Source of the DNA: Octopus sinensis | Taxonomy: Eukaryota | DNA: 64,000 bases | Direction of reading: 5' to 3' | NCBI RefSeq assembly: GCF_006345805.1 | Contig: NC_043008.1 | Coordinates: forward strand, 23,126,001-23,190,000 | Part shown: piece after piece, positions 1 to 12,389 of the stretch | How the letters are laid out: each line of letters begins with the position of its first letter | How positions within the stretch are numbered: position 1 is the first letter of the stretch | The notes under the pieces: model-generated | Databases searched by the model: none | What the model was told of the DNA's origin: nothing | What the model saw: only the letters and a program-made list of their open reading frames with translations | Translations under genes and position numbers: made by a program

Positions 1-700
1 AGTTTCCCCACAGACATTCGCTGGCTATATGTCCTGTTTCTCGACACCGGTAGCAAATGACCTCAGGCTTGGGTGACTTGCAGTCTTGTACCATGTGCGG
101 GCCCTGACACCGGAAACACTATCCTTTGAATGGTCGCACACGTTCCTTGTTTGACTCCTCTCCGCTACTCCTTGCTCAGCCACTTTTCATTGTTGCAGTT
201 GCTGTTACCGGCGGTCTTGCAATATGAAACTAGCACACGAGCCCAAGATACAATGTCTGCCATCGCCATAGAATTAATGTTCGGCAGCTTTTGCAACTGA
301 ACCGACATGTGGTCAGGAAAGTGTTTCACAAACGCTAACTTAACCGTTTGGTCCAGTGATTCTCCCTCATATCCTGCCAGTTTAGTCAATCTTCTGAGTT
401 CATTCGCAAATACGTCGACCTGTTCATCAGTCCATTTTGCTTTCCCCAGGCGAGCATACACTTCGAACACTCTCTCTGTAAAGTCCTCCATCAAATGGGT
501 TCCTATTTTTTCCATGCTAATTTGGGCACTCTCTTCCATTTCTAGGTACAGTGCCAACGCCGAACCATCTAGGTACAGCGGCATAAAACTCGTTAAGTCG
601 TTTATATCGTGGAGCTTCGCCACCAACTTCATCTCCTTCAACTAAGTGACTACATCCGTGTCACTGCAAAATGGTTTGATCATATTGTTCAAAATACGGA
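1..700 (-). mobile_element. Degenerate Ty3/Gypsy gag fragment with two zinc knuckles (continues left of window)
   Basis: ORF 165..641(-) is gag-like. After its stop the minus strand reads CFRCQGPHMVQDC and CYRCRETGHIASEC (CCHC knuckles). Confidence 0.75.
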
Positions 701-1434
701 CTACACTCATCAGTTTTTTTTTTTTTTTTTTATGGGCCGAAATAGCTTGTAGTGTGATGGAGGAAGAAGACAACAGGAAAAGAAGCTAACAGGAGAAAGA
801 AATACAAAGACCTTAGCTGTTGACCCAGGCAAGATGAGCAATCACTGTCAAGAAATAAACATGTCCTTACACGCTGCCGTCTCTGCTCGAACTGTCCAAC
901 ATGTGCTCCCTGCCCACACGTGCCCCATGGCTGTTCCACCGGCACCTGCAGTCTTCACTTCCGTCTACCTCATCTGCAATCCTCTCCACCAACACCAAAT
1001 AGCTCATCACAGCCCATAACACCATAAACACCATACAAACTAATCTATCATTTGTTTAATGTGCTGGTTAAACAGTCAATTGGTAGTTTGTTAATCAAAG
1101 TTCTTTTTTTACTGTTCACAACCTTTTCTGTGACTTAGTGACTTCCCCTTCATTCCAAAATCTGCTCTTTCATTTGTTAGTTTTTTTCATTACATTTTTC
1201 CAAATAACTGTACTTTCATTAGTTTTATTTCTAGCCATATGAGGGTTTTTATTATATTTATTGCTTGTTCCAAATTCTATAGAAAATCTGTAGAGATAAT
1301 TTAAAAGTAATTGTATCACACTATACTTGGTAGTATATTATAGTTACAAAATGAAATATGGTGTCCCTGCCAGCAATTAATATGATAGATAAGGTGGTTA
1401 AGTACATAAACAGAGGGAATGCTGTGTGTCCCCT

Positions 1435-1864
1435 GGCATGACTGTGTGGTAAGAAGCTTGCTTCCCAGCTTTGTGGTTTCATGTTCAATTCACTTTGGAG
1501 ACCAAGGGGTGACCAAAGCCTTGTGAATGAATCTGGAAGACGGAAGCTGAAAGAAGCCTGTCGTGTGTGTGTGTGCATGCAAGTATATGTGTGTGAATAT
1601 GTGTGGAGGGAGGCTGAATGTTACTGTCTCCTTGCCTTGACATAATGTGATAGTTGTAAGCAAGTGCAGTAAATGTCACAGTCATGCAACCGGTGTCCTT
1701 TACTTTCAATTTTCCATATCTGATCATGGGAGAATATTATCTCACTTGGAAATAAGTGAGAGTTAGTGACAGGAAGGGCACCTGGCCATAGAAAATCTGC
1801 TTCAACAAATTTCATTCAACCCATGTAATTATGGAAAAGTGAACATTAAACCAATGATGATGAT
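1435..1864 (+). mobile_element. tRNA-derived SINE with RTE-type 3' tail
   Basis: Head GGCATGACTGTGTGGTAAGAAGCTTGCTTCCCA matches the head at 8783. The tail resembles the RTE 3' ends in this window and ends in (GAT)n. Confidence 0.7.
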
Positions 1865-1953
1865 ATACATGCACTGACATGCCTATGATGAGGTTCAGGC
1901 AGATCTGTGTGGTTAAGAAGTTTGCCTCTCAATCACGATTTCAGTTCCACTAC

Positions 1954-1962
1954 ATATATATA

Positions 1963-2032
<70 letters not shown>

Positions 2033-2052
2033 GCACGCGCACACACACACAC
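1954..2052. repeat. (TA)n/(CA)n microsatellite
   Basis: Directly visible dinucleotide runs; the YI/TH-repeat ORFs here are artefacts. Confidence 0.95.
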
Positions 2053-2679
2053 ATATGTATGTAAGTTTGTATGTATGTATATATACATACAGGAAATGAA
2101 GATGAAAATGCATAGAGAATATTTTAAAATTAAATAGAATTTAATTAAATTTTAAAACATAGGAATACACTTGGCCAGTTTCACATTAGATTTTTGAAAG
2201 TATATACTATATGGAGATAGGTCAGAAATTATGTCTTTTCTGGTTGTTGTTATATAAAAGTGTTATAGATAATTATCGTTTATTATTCTGTCAAAGAATG
2301 TTACCAATTCATGCTAGTTCACTCCCACTGAATATGTTAAAACATAATCCCTTCTTTGTTAAGATAATGAGGTGTGGAGCAAAGAAGATAGATGATAGCG
2401 GCTACATGATTTTTGGTTTTCTTAAGAATGATTACAAGTAGACATCATCATCATCATCATTACTAATGTTTTTATAGCCAGTTCAGCCATGGCTTGTATT
2501 TTTGAATAAACAAATAAACAAAGTCTGTATATTGATAAAGTGAGAAGACAAGAAATTTGGGAGATTTGGTTTTTGAGCATGAGTCCATATGTTCACTAAG
2601 TAGGATTTGTCTTGTCCAGGATCTCATATTTGTTGATGATGAATTGTTAATTTCATTCTTAAAATAAGTTGAGTTTATC

Positions 2680-2900
2680 TATCATCATCATTATTTAACA
2701 TTCACCTTCCATGCTGGCATGAGCTGCATGGTTTAACAAGATCCAACATTTCCAAGGGGTACATAATTTTAGTGTTTACTTTGACATGACTTCTACAGCT
2801 GGATACCCTTCCTAATGCCAAACACTGCACCATGTACTGAGTGCTTTTTTGTGGCACAAGCACTAGTGATGTCACTATGCAACTTGCAAGACTAAAATCC
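2680..2900 (-). mobile_element. RTE LINE 3' UTR fragment
   Basis: (CAT)n-TTTAACA..CCATGCTGGCATG..GGATACCCTTCCTAATGCCAA motif shared with the RTE ends at 9793, 28500 and 47688. Confidence 0.7.
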
Positions 2901-3739
2901 CTTTTGACTGAGTGAATCTACAATAGAGAAGGTTACAATAGAGACAAGGGGGTTAAAAATGTAAATGAAGGGGAAAGACTAGAACAAGTTTCTTTCAGTA
3001 GAGGAGCTACATGGTTATTCACATTAGAAAAGAGCGGATGGAGTAGAGCTGGAAAGAACTAAAGATAGTGGTGATTGCATGTCAGGATGAACCATCAAGG
3101 CATGAAGTGAGTAGAAGTGAGTGAGGAAAGGAGACTAGTGAGTGTAAGTGGATAGAGATTTCAAGTGTATATGGAAAAGAGATGGTTAGAGACAAGAAAA
3201 TAGGGAATGGGTGAATATAATGAAGGAAGAATAAGCGTTGAGAAATGACAATCAGTTAAGAGTAGGTGACAACTGTATGTACAAGGTAAGGTTGAGGGTG
3301 GATGTAGAGAATGGTGGATAAGAGATGGAGATGGACAATGAGGATATGCAGCTGAATAGGTTATAAGAATTCTAGGGGAAGAGGCAGCATAGTGAATGGA
3401 GAAAGTGAGAGACATGGTGGAGGAAAGATAATTTAGGAGGTAAATTAATGTAAAATGTAGATGGAGAGGAAGAATTCAGAATAAAGAGTAGATATCAAAT
3501 GAAATGGTTATGAATAATAAGAAAGCTAAGTAGTATTAGGGAAAAACTGGTGAAGTAAACAGTTCAGCCTACATATTATTACAGTAGCAGGAGACTGCAG
3601 TTAGAAAGATGATAGGTGGTATAGATGGCTTCAAAAGGAAGTTGAGTGAAAAGAAGGACAGTTGTGCATGCATGCACGTGCACACAGACACACACAGACA
3701 CACACATACACATACACATTGTGCTTCCAGAATCAGTTT

Positions 3740-5040
3740 CATTGAGATAGGCAGTCATCCCAGTACATGAAGTTTAAGATCAGCCCTCACAACTTCGACT
3801 TATATTTTCCAGGATCTTCCTCTTCCAAAGATCCATCCACATCACATGATAGTCACTTCTTTATACAGATGCCTTCATCTAAATCTGACATGTCCCATAT
3901 CAGTAGTCTTCATTTTTGCACACTAGATCTGATTCTGCTCATGTCTAAGTACATTGCATGTCCAACAGAGCATGCTAGCTTCTTTTTTTCTAGTATTCTC
4001 AAGTTCTCTGCATTCAAGACCTATGTCTCACTACCATGCAGCATTGCAGTTTTAACACAAGCATCATACAATCTGCCCTTAATACTGAAGGAAAAGACCT
4101 TTGTTTCCAGCAGCAGTAGAACCTTATTGCAGTTTTTCCAACTCATTTTACCCCTGGTCACTATATGTTTGGAGCAACCACCCCCACTGCTAATTACACC
4201 CCTCAAGTAACAAAGGCTATCAATTACTTCTAGTGAACCATCTGAGAAATTACGAGAATTCATTTCTCATGTGCTCATAGTACATATTGCTCTATTGCAT
4301 CGGCCACATATGGAGTTTACTTTCTCTGTTAATCTGCCTATGATTTCCTACACCACTTGCGTGTCCATAACTTACACTGAGTACAGCATATGCAGTTTAT
4401 ATTCACTCCCATTATGCATGTAAAGCAAAGCTACTTCCCAGGGTCCTGTCTTCTTTTCTATTCACAAAAATAAGTCTTTACTAAGTTTATCTTGTTGCCT
4501 CTGGATTCCACATCTAGTTTCCACGTTTGAAAATTCCTCTCTGATTCCTCTATAGATTCAGCTATGGAAACTTGGTCTTCAGTCTTCAGTATATAGGAGT
4601 TTTCATAGACTGCCAATCTTAAACTCCTCAGTGATGGCCTGCAGACAATGATGATAGAAGAGAACTGAGGATTGAGCCTTGATGGACTCCTATCTTAAAC
4701 TAAATTCATCACTGAAATTATTGTTGACACACTGTGTCTTTATACATGGTTTGCAAAGCCTTCGCACCTGTTTGCCTTTGTGACCACCAAATTACTGAAT
4801 GTGGCACCCTATCAAAAACCTTCTCCAAGTTAGCAAATACCAGGAATAGTGGTTTACACTTAGCCATGCATTTTTTGTGCAGTTACCAGAAAGAGGAAAT
4901 TGTATTCACAGTGCTTCTTTTGGGCATGAAACCAAATTGCATCTCATCTAAGTCTACTCTGTCATGAGTCAATTATGTTATGACTCTTTCTGTGACTTTC
5001 ATAGTAACTGATTTCTTCTCTCTAAATCATCTCTTTTATC
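3740..5040 (-). mobile_element. Degenerate RTE LINE ORF2 (RT region)
   Basis: ORF 4021..4263(-) LEVIDSLCYLRG..IKGRLYDACVKTAMLHGSET; homologous to the RTE at 28500-30180. Confidence 0.8.
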
Positions 5041-5186
5041 TTGGTAACAGTTTATGATGATACTTAGCTTGATTAACCATCCAGATGGTAATCAAGTATC
5101 CTACGTCTCTAGATGTTTTGAGCATCTCCACAATATAGGGACAGACAGACAGACACACACACACACACACACACACATACACACAC

Positions 5187-5254
<68 letters not shown>

Positions 5255-6006
5255 TATTGTCAGTAATTTTGAAATTTTAACAGTGATAAGTTGGGTATAT
5301 TATATTTATTGATAATTTATTACACCATAATCACATCATGGCCAAGTTACCTACTCACTTCATTCCAGAGATGGAAATTCAAATCCAGCAATTATCAGAA
5401 ATGGCTCAAACAAATGATATGGTATGTGCTCTTTGACCCTGGAGGCTTGAAAATGTCATATCTGTCATATCTAGTTTATGGGTTTTAGGGTTATTGTAAA
5501 AAATCAGAATGAAATTTATGGAAGAAATCACTCATGCATTGAACAGTGATGGCATATGTGACCTTGTAGGCCTTTTTATTCCAGATATACTCTGTAAGAA
5601 ATTCATCTAAACTGGCTTTTTACATGCAATGTATGTGTGTATATATGCATGTGCTAGTTAATGTTATTGAATTAGAGTTCATTCCTCACAAAATTAAGCA
5701 ATTTTGAAACATTCCATTTCAAAGGATTTAGCCTGTTATGTGCAATGTATATATGCATGTCTATCTTGTATTTCTTGTCTTTGTGATTGTAGAATTCGTG
5801 AAATAAAGTTTTCTCAGTTCAGTCCCAGTACATGCTAATATGTATCTATGTAGAATGTTGTAACGAATATTGACTTAATTGTCAATAACTAGTGCTTTGA
5901 ATTTCAGTTAAAAATGTGAAAAACTGTGTAAAATAATGCATAATAATTCATCTGAAATGTGTTTCATAAAATATAATGAGAAAAAGTATGTATATCTATC
6001 TTTCAG

Positions 6007-6187
6007 AATATACCAGCTTCAATCTCTGAGAAAGATGCCCAAAAGGGAATCCTTAATTTAATTGAGAGAGGTTTGATACCTTCAGCTGCTCAGTTAAGTT
6101 TAGAACCTTCTCCAGTCTCATTAAAAACTATTAAGCCTTTGGAGGGAATTATGACTGAAAAGAAGAAAGTAACTCCTACTCTATTTG
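6007..6187 (+). CDS. IQCH: Internal coding exon, IQ domain-containing protein H-like
   Basis: Acceptor tttcag at 6001-6006, donor gtaaga at 6188. The 181-nt open exon encodes NIPASISEKDAQKGILNLIERGLIPSAAQLSLEPSPVSLK..., resembling the recalled IQCH motif KG(L/I)LS(L/M)IERGLIPP. Absent from the ORF track because it has no ATG. Gene symbol from memory, not searched. Confidence 0.7.
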
Positions 6188-6458
6188 GTAAGATTACTTT
6201 TTATTTCTACACATCTGTCATATAAACTATACCTTTTATCTTTCCCTAAACATTGCCATTTGTCTATTCTTTCTTCTCTAAAAATGGCTACTTTAATGAA
6301 AACTGATGTAGTGATTTTGAAAGAGAAAATAAGACACTCATGGCATTCATACATATGCATGCGCAAAATTCAAAACAATTACAAACTTACTGTAAGGTAG
6401 TATAAAAGTGTTAATGTGAGAGTGGATCTTTTCCCAAAGACTTATTATAGAGAAATAG

Positions 6459-8642
6459 CACAATGTAACATGTTTTGTTTATTTGTATTTTTTAATGTTC
6501 ATATATGCATTTTTTGCTACTAAATTAAAAAATCACATTCATTTTGATGTAACATCGATACTTATTTATTTATTCCTAATTTCATATTTGCTTGTTATAT
6601 TTGTAACTTTTCTCTACAGCACTTTGTTGGTTTAATCTATTCTAGTATTGTAAGGATAATTACACAACATTTAGTACTTTTTCATATATTGAAAGGTATG
6701 TAGGAAGTATAATATTAGTTAGAACAAAAAGAAACAATAAAACTCTGCACTGTAAATGCCTTGATAACTCTTTTCTTAAGATGAGAAGTGCTTTGACGAT
6801 TGAGATTTTCTGGAGTGTATACCTTCATCTCTTCTGATTAGAGACCATATATATAATCTCCCATCATAGCAGTATCCCATTGTCCTTGGTATCTTCTTTC
6901 CATAGTTGCAATGTCCTGATGAAATCTTTCACCATGCTTCTCACTGACATCACCCAAGTTTTCGGGGAAAAATCTTGGTGAGAGTGCAAAAAATGAACCT
7001 TTAAGGACATACGACAACCCATTTTCTTGAAGTTTTCAATAAGCTTTGCTACCAGCTGTTTGTAAATAGGATCCTTGTGATTTCCTAGAAATCTATGAAC
7101 TACATCACGAAATTCACACCAAGCTTCTTTTTCAACTTTTGTCATCGTTCTTTCCAGTTTCTTCGACCTTTGCATTTACTTGGGGCCCAACAAATATGCC
7201 ACCCTTGATCTTAGCCTCAGACAGCTTTGGAAACATAAGACAAATTTCTTGAAAAGCTTCTCCTCTAAAATCTAAGGCCTGCACAAACTGTTTTACTAAT
7301 CTGAGTTTGATATGAAGTGGGGGTAATAAGATTTTGTTGGAATCTACTAGTGGCTGTTTGAGAACATTTAACATTCCTGGCTGCAGTTCCACTTGTTGGG
7401 GCCAATGTACTCTCTTGTAATGATGATCATCAGCTCTGCTGTCCCATAAGCAAAGGACACATGAATACTTTGTGTATCCCCCTTGCAAGCCAAGCAAGAA
7501 GGCAAGCATCTTGAAATCACCACAAACATCCCACTTGAACTCAGCATAATTTATTTTGTCGAGAAGTTCTTTGACATTGGAGTATGCAAGAGGCAAAGAA
7601 GGATATTTATTTCCACTGTGGAGCAACACTGCTTTGAGACTTTGTGTTGAGCTATCTATGAACAGTCACCATTCTACAGAATCATGCTTGAGTCCAATAG
7701 CAGTAAGCAAACCAATCACATCTTTACAATAACACAGATCATTAATATTTTCATAGTTAATTTCAAATTCTTCATAGCGTTTCCAGTACAGAGATGTCTT
7801 TCAATCTTCCCCCAGTAGATTCCATTCCTTCAACCTTGATGAAAGAAGTTCAGTAAGACCCAGATCCCTGATTAAATCATCTAGCTCTCTCTGATTTGGA
7901 AAATGAGTCTCCGAAGTTGTTCTTGGTACGAAAGCTTCCTCCATTTCTTGGCTGCTGCTAATTGCTGACTCTTCAGATGAAATATTTTCTTGTGGTAGTG
8001 ATACTCATAAACTGTCATCATGTGGGACAGGTGCTCTAGATGATGGTATGTCTGGATACTGAAGAGCTTGTCTTCCTTTCACTTTTCTGTACTTTGTCAC
8101 ATCGATCATACAAAAGTAACAGTCATCGTGATGGTACTTTGGCTCTCTCCATACCCTTGGAATGGCAAAAGGCATTGACCTTCCTGTACCTCTTAACCAT
8201 CCTTCTAGAGTAGATCGATAGTTTCCACATATCACATGTGGGGCCTGTGGTTTGTCCTAGTCACCCATAGGTATTCTGAAATAGTCTGTACGCTATCCAC
8301 AGTTTGGCACCTTTCACGATCTTATGTAATACCTGCTTTTTTCCGATATAATAACCACACACATAGCAAAATGTATCTGGTGAATTTTTACATACTATAG
8401 TAGGCATCCTGAAAGTATCAGAACATAGTAATTGGTCTGAAAGAGAAAATTAGATATACATTTAGTAGCGGAACATCATAACGATACCGAACACATAATA
8501 ATATTGAAAGTTGACATATTTTCTTAACTGTTGATGATACACAAAATATAATTTCATTTTTGGAATCAGCAGAAAAAAATGGATTGATAAACAATAAAAA
8601 AATACAATAAACAAATTTTTTTTTGAAAATTGTTACGTTGTG
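6459..8642 (-). mobile_element. Chapaev3-type (CMC) DNA transposon with disrupted transposase
   Basis: Minus-strand fragments 8005..8235, 7132..7629 and 6864..7175 carry VWREPKYHHDDCYFC, CGDFKMLAFLLGLQGGYTKYSCVLCLWDSR, PPLHIKL and MSLKVHFLHSH. Termini CACAATGTAACA (6459) / TGTTACGTTGTG (8631-8642); flanks TAG/TAA. Confidence 0.75.
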
Positions 8643-8657
8643 TAATTACACCACAAC

Positions 8658-8777
8658 ATGAATGGCCATATCACATTGAAAGCACTGGTTCTCATCTGAT
8701 CACTGAAGTTAAGCAATGTTGGGCCTAGTGAGTACTTAGATGGGTGACCGCTTGGGAAACCTAGGTGCTGTAAGCAT
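8658..8777 (+). pseudogene. 5S rRNA pseudogene (or 5S-derived SINE head)
   Basis: Full-length ~120 nt match to metazoan 5S (GGCCATATCAC..GATCACTGAAGTTAAGC..AGTACTTAGATGGGTGACCGCTTGGGAA..GGTGCTGTA). Many CpG>TpG/CpA changes and no oligo-T terminator. Confidence 0.85.
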
Positions 8778-8782
8778 CTCAC

Positions 8783-9172
8783 AGGCACAGGTGTGGCTGT
8801 GTGGTAAGAAGCTTGCTTCGCAACCACATGGTTCTGGGTTCAGTCCCACTGCGTGGCACCTTGAACAAGTGTCTTCTACTATAGCCTAAGGCTGATGAAA
8901 GCCTTGTGAGTGGATTTGGTTGACAGAAACTGAAAGAAGCCCATCGTATGTATGTGTGTGTGTGTGTGTGTGTGTCTGTGTTTGTCCCCTCACCATCACT
9001 TGACAACAGATGCTGGTGTGTTTACATCCTCATAACATAGCAGTTCGGCAAGAGAGACTGGTAGAATAAATGCCAGGCTTACAAAGAATAAGTTCTGGGG
9101 TCGATTTGTTCGACTAAAGGTGGTGCTCCAGCATGGCCACAGTCAAATGACTGAAACAAATAAAAGAGTGAG
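8783..9172 (+). mobile_element. tRNA-derived SINE
   Basis: Box A TGGCTGTGTGG, box B GGTTCAGTCCC, internal (TG)n, A-rich end. Confidence 0.8.
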
Positions 9173-9792
9173 AGAGTAAAGTGACCTGGAAATCAACAAG
9201 TGACCTCTATGTGGTTACTGAATTTGGTAGCAATCTCGCTGCAATCACAGTTTACCATTTTAACAATTGATGGATAATGGGATCCTAGAGGCATTATAAG
9301 TGGACAGGGATGGGATGTTCATGACTAAAATAATTTTCATCATGGGTATGCTGTGTAAGGCATGATCAGGGCCTAAGCAACAACAGTGTGAATTAAGAGT
9401 CCCAAAACAATCAATTAAATTAAATTAATGTACACACACACACACACACACACACACTCTCTCTCTCTCTCCCTTTCTCTATCTATTATTGTCAGTAATT
9501 TTGAAATATCAATAGTGATAGTTTGTTCAAATTCACCTTGATCAAGCCACCACTAGTGAAACATCAAAGCCACTCATAAATATTAGATTTTACAGATGCA
9601 TTGAGACTTTTATTCAGTGAGTGTTTCTTGTTTTTATGCATATAAGACTATAAATAAATATATACACACATGCACACAAGCATTCATACATACACACAAG
9701 CATTCCTCCACATCTCATCTTAATACCCATCATTCCATCACTTTTAACTATGATGCTACTCAGCTGCTGTAACCATTTAAGAAGAATCAACA

Positions 9793-11400
9793 CATCATCA
9801 TCATCATCATTTAACACCTGTTGTCCATGCTGGCATGGACGATTTGACTAGGGCTGGTAAGCTGAGGAGCTGCACCAGACTCCAGTTTGATTTGGCATCG
9901 TTTCTATGGCTGGATACCCTTCCTAACACCAACCACTCCAAGAGTGTAATGGGTCCTTGCATGTGCCAGTTGTATGACACCGGTGCCAGTTGTATGACAC
10001 CGGTATCTGCCATGACTGCGATTTCACTTGGCCTGATGGGTCTTCTCTAGCACAGCATATTGCCAAATGTCTCAATCATCTGTCATTGCCTCCATGAGGT
10101 GCAACACTCAAAAGGTGCTTTCATGTGCCACTAGAACAGGTGCTAGTTATGTGACACTGGCGTTGGTTACATTGCCTTCATGAGGCCCAACACTTGACAG
10201 GTGCTTTTTACATGCCACCAGCACAGGTACCAGTTTTCTCCATGAGGCCCAATGCTTGAAAGGTGCTTTTTACATGCCACCAGCATAGATGCCAGTTATG
10301 TGACACCAGCATTGGCCACTTGCCTCCATGAGGCCCAACACTCGACGAGTGCTTTTTACATGCTGTGCCACTAGCATGGGTGCCAGGTATGCAATACTAG
10401 CATTGCCCACATTGCCTCCATGAGGCCCAAAATTCGAAAGGTGCTTTTTACATACCACTGGCACAGGTTTCAGTTACATGACACTGGCATCAGCCATGAC
10501 TGTGATTTTACTTAGCTTGATGGATCTTCTCAAGCATGGCACATCACTGGACACTAGTTATTGCCTTCTGTGAGGCCCAACATTTGAAGATCATGCCTCA
10601 CCACTTTGTCCCATGTTTTTCTGGGTCTACCTTTTCCGCAGGTTCTCTCCACGATTAGAGATTGGAACTTCATTGCACAGCTGTACTCATCCATACACAT
10701 CACATGACCATACCAGTGCAATTGTCTCTCTTGCACACCACATCTGATGCATCTTATTTTCAGCTTTTCTCTCAAGAGGTTTACACTCTGTTGTACATGC
10801 ACACTGATATTGCATATCCAGTGAAGCATGTTAGTTTAATTTCTTTCAAGCCTACACATGCTCAGTGGTCACAGCCTATGTTTCACTGCCATGTAGCACA
10901 GTTGTTTGCACACAGGCATCATACAGTTTGCCTTTTGCTCTGAGAGAGAGTTCCTTTGTTGCCAACAGAGGTAGGAGATCTTGGAACTTTGCCCAGCTTA
11001 TTCTTATTCTTGCAGCTACACTCTTAGAGCATCCACCTCTGCTACTAACTTGGGCATCCAGATAATGGAAGCTATCAGCTACCTCTTGCTTACTCCACTG
11101 ACATTTGATGGAGTCTATTTTCTGTACATTTTTAGAGTTTATTGTACCTTAACACCTTCCGCACACAAAGCCTATTTTCCCATTTAATCTTTCTCTGATA
11201 TTGCTGCATCCCTTATATGTCCATAGGTTGCACCGGGCACATCTTATGGAATTTCTTATGGAATACAGATTGAGCAGGGCCATCTACCTGAAAGGATTTG
11301 TGATTTTTCTGCTTTCCTACTTACTATGACTTAGGTTTTTGCTAGGTTAACTCTAAGGCCCTTTGGTTCTAAACCTTGTTTCCACATCTTAAACTTCTCT
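9793..11400 (-). mobile_element. 5'-truncated RTE LINE
   Basis: (CAT)n tail at 9793; ORF 10554..10829(-) LHWYGHVM..GKGRPRKTW, the RTE C-terminus. Confidence 0.85.
10085..10500. repeat. Tandem ~60-90 bp repeat array within the RTE 3' UTR
   Basis: About 5 copies of (TTG)CCTCCATGAGGCCCAACACTCGAAAGGTGCTTTTTACATGCCAC..GGTGCCAGTT. Confidence 0.8.
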
Positions 11401-12389
11401 ATTCATAACCACTTTTGCATAACCAGTCGCCTTCTTTTTCCCCAGTAACCTTTTCCTTTTAAAAGGCATCCCTCATTTTTATTATCATCTCTGCCCATAC
11501 TACTTTCCACCAATCACCTTCTTTCTGTGCCTCCAGTTATCTCTCTCTTTCACTGAGCTACATCTTAAGTCTGCCATATCTCATCTTTAACACCTCTCTT
11601 ATTATTTATCATCCTCAACAATGGCTCCTATCTACTATCAATAAATTAAGAATGAAAAATCGTAATAATCAAAATTAGAATTACTTGAAACAACAAAAAA
11701 GCAGCTCAATAAGGCAATGACAAAAGAACTCTGCAATCAACTTCAAAAAGGTCCAGCAACACAACAGCGAAAGAAAATTATTCAATTCAGTTAACCTCAA
11801 ATAAAAATTTACATGATATTCAACAAGAAATTTAAATGATATATAAAAAGTATATATATATTGAAATATTATTGAGAAACAGCTAGCATACTGTACATTT
11901 ATGTATAGTGAAAAGAATAGATGATAAATTTTAAAATTCCTAAATAGCAGGTGCAAAGAATTAAAACTGTAAGTAAATACATTTACAATTGGATGGTACT
12001 AAATAATTCTATTCTTAACAGACTGATTCATGAATTGGAAAAAAAGAAGCAAATAATCAATATTAATGGTTGTTATCAATCACCAATAACTAATATTTCT
12101 AAAAGTACCTTGAAGTTGGAAATTTGTCTTACAGGAAAACTACACAGAGATGCTACAATTTTGTTTATGTTCAAATGACTGGACGCACATGGCAATCTAA
12201 TGATTTTTTGACAATGAAGCCATAGAGTATGCTAAAAATAGCTCCAAAGTGATAGTCTAATACTAAAAACTAGCAGAGATATATATCAAATTTAGGTTCA
12301 ATCAATACCAATAAATATATATCAATAAATCTTTTTATTCTTTTTCAGTATCGAATCAAAAAACATTTCCTTTTTAGAGACATTTGCAT

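Noticed and set aside
5369-5421. Possible small exon (MEIQIQQLSEMAQTNDM|gtatgt)
   Set aside because: Too short and unrecognised to support without RNA evidence.
6660-6672. Alternative Chapaev3 left terminus TTA|CACAACAT
   Set aside because: The match at 6459 is longer (11/12) to the right terminus.
8658-8777. Functional 5S rRNA gene
   Set aside because: Single copy, CpG-decayed and without a terminator; called a pseudogene.
8783-8860. tRNA gene
   Set aside because: A and B boxes are present, but there is no proper cloverleaf and it continues into a SINE body.
10085-10500. CRISPR-like repeat/spacer array
   Set aside because: The intervening parts are homologous to each other, the array lies in an RTE 3' UTR, the context is eukaryotic and there are no cas genes.
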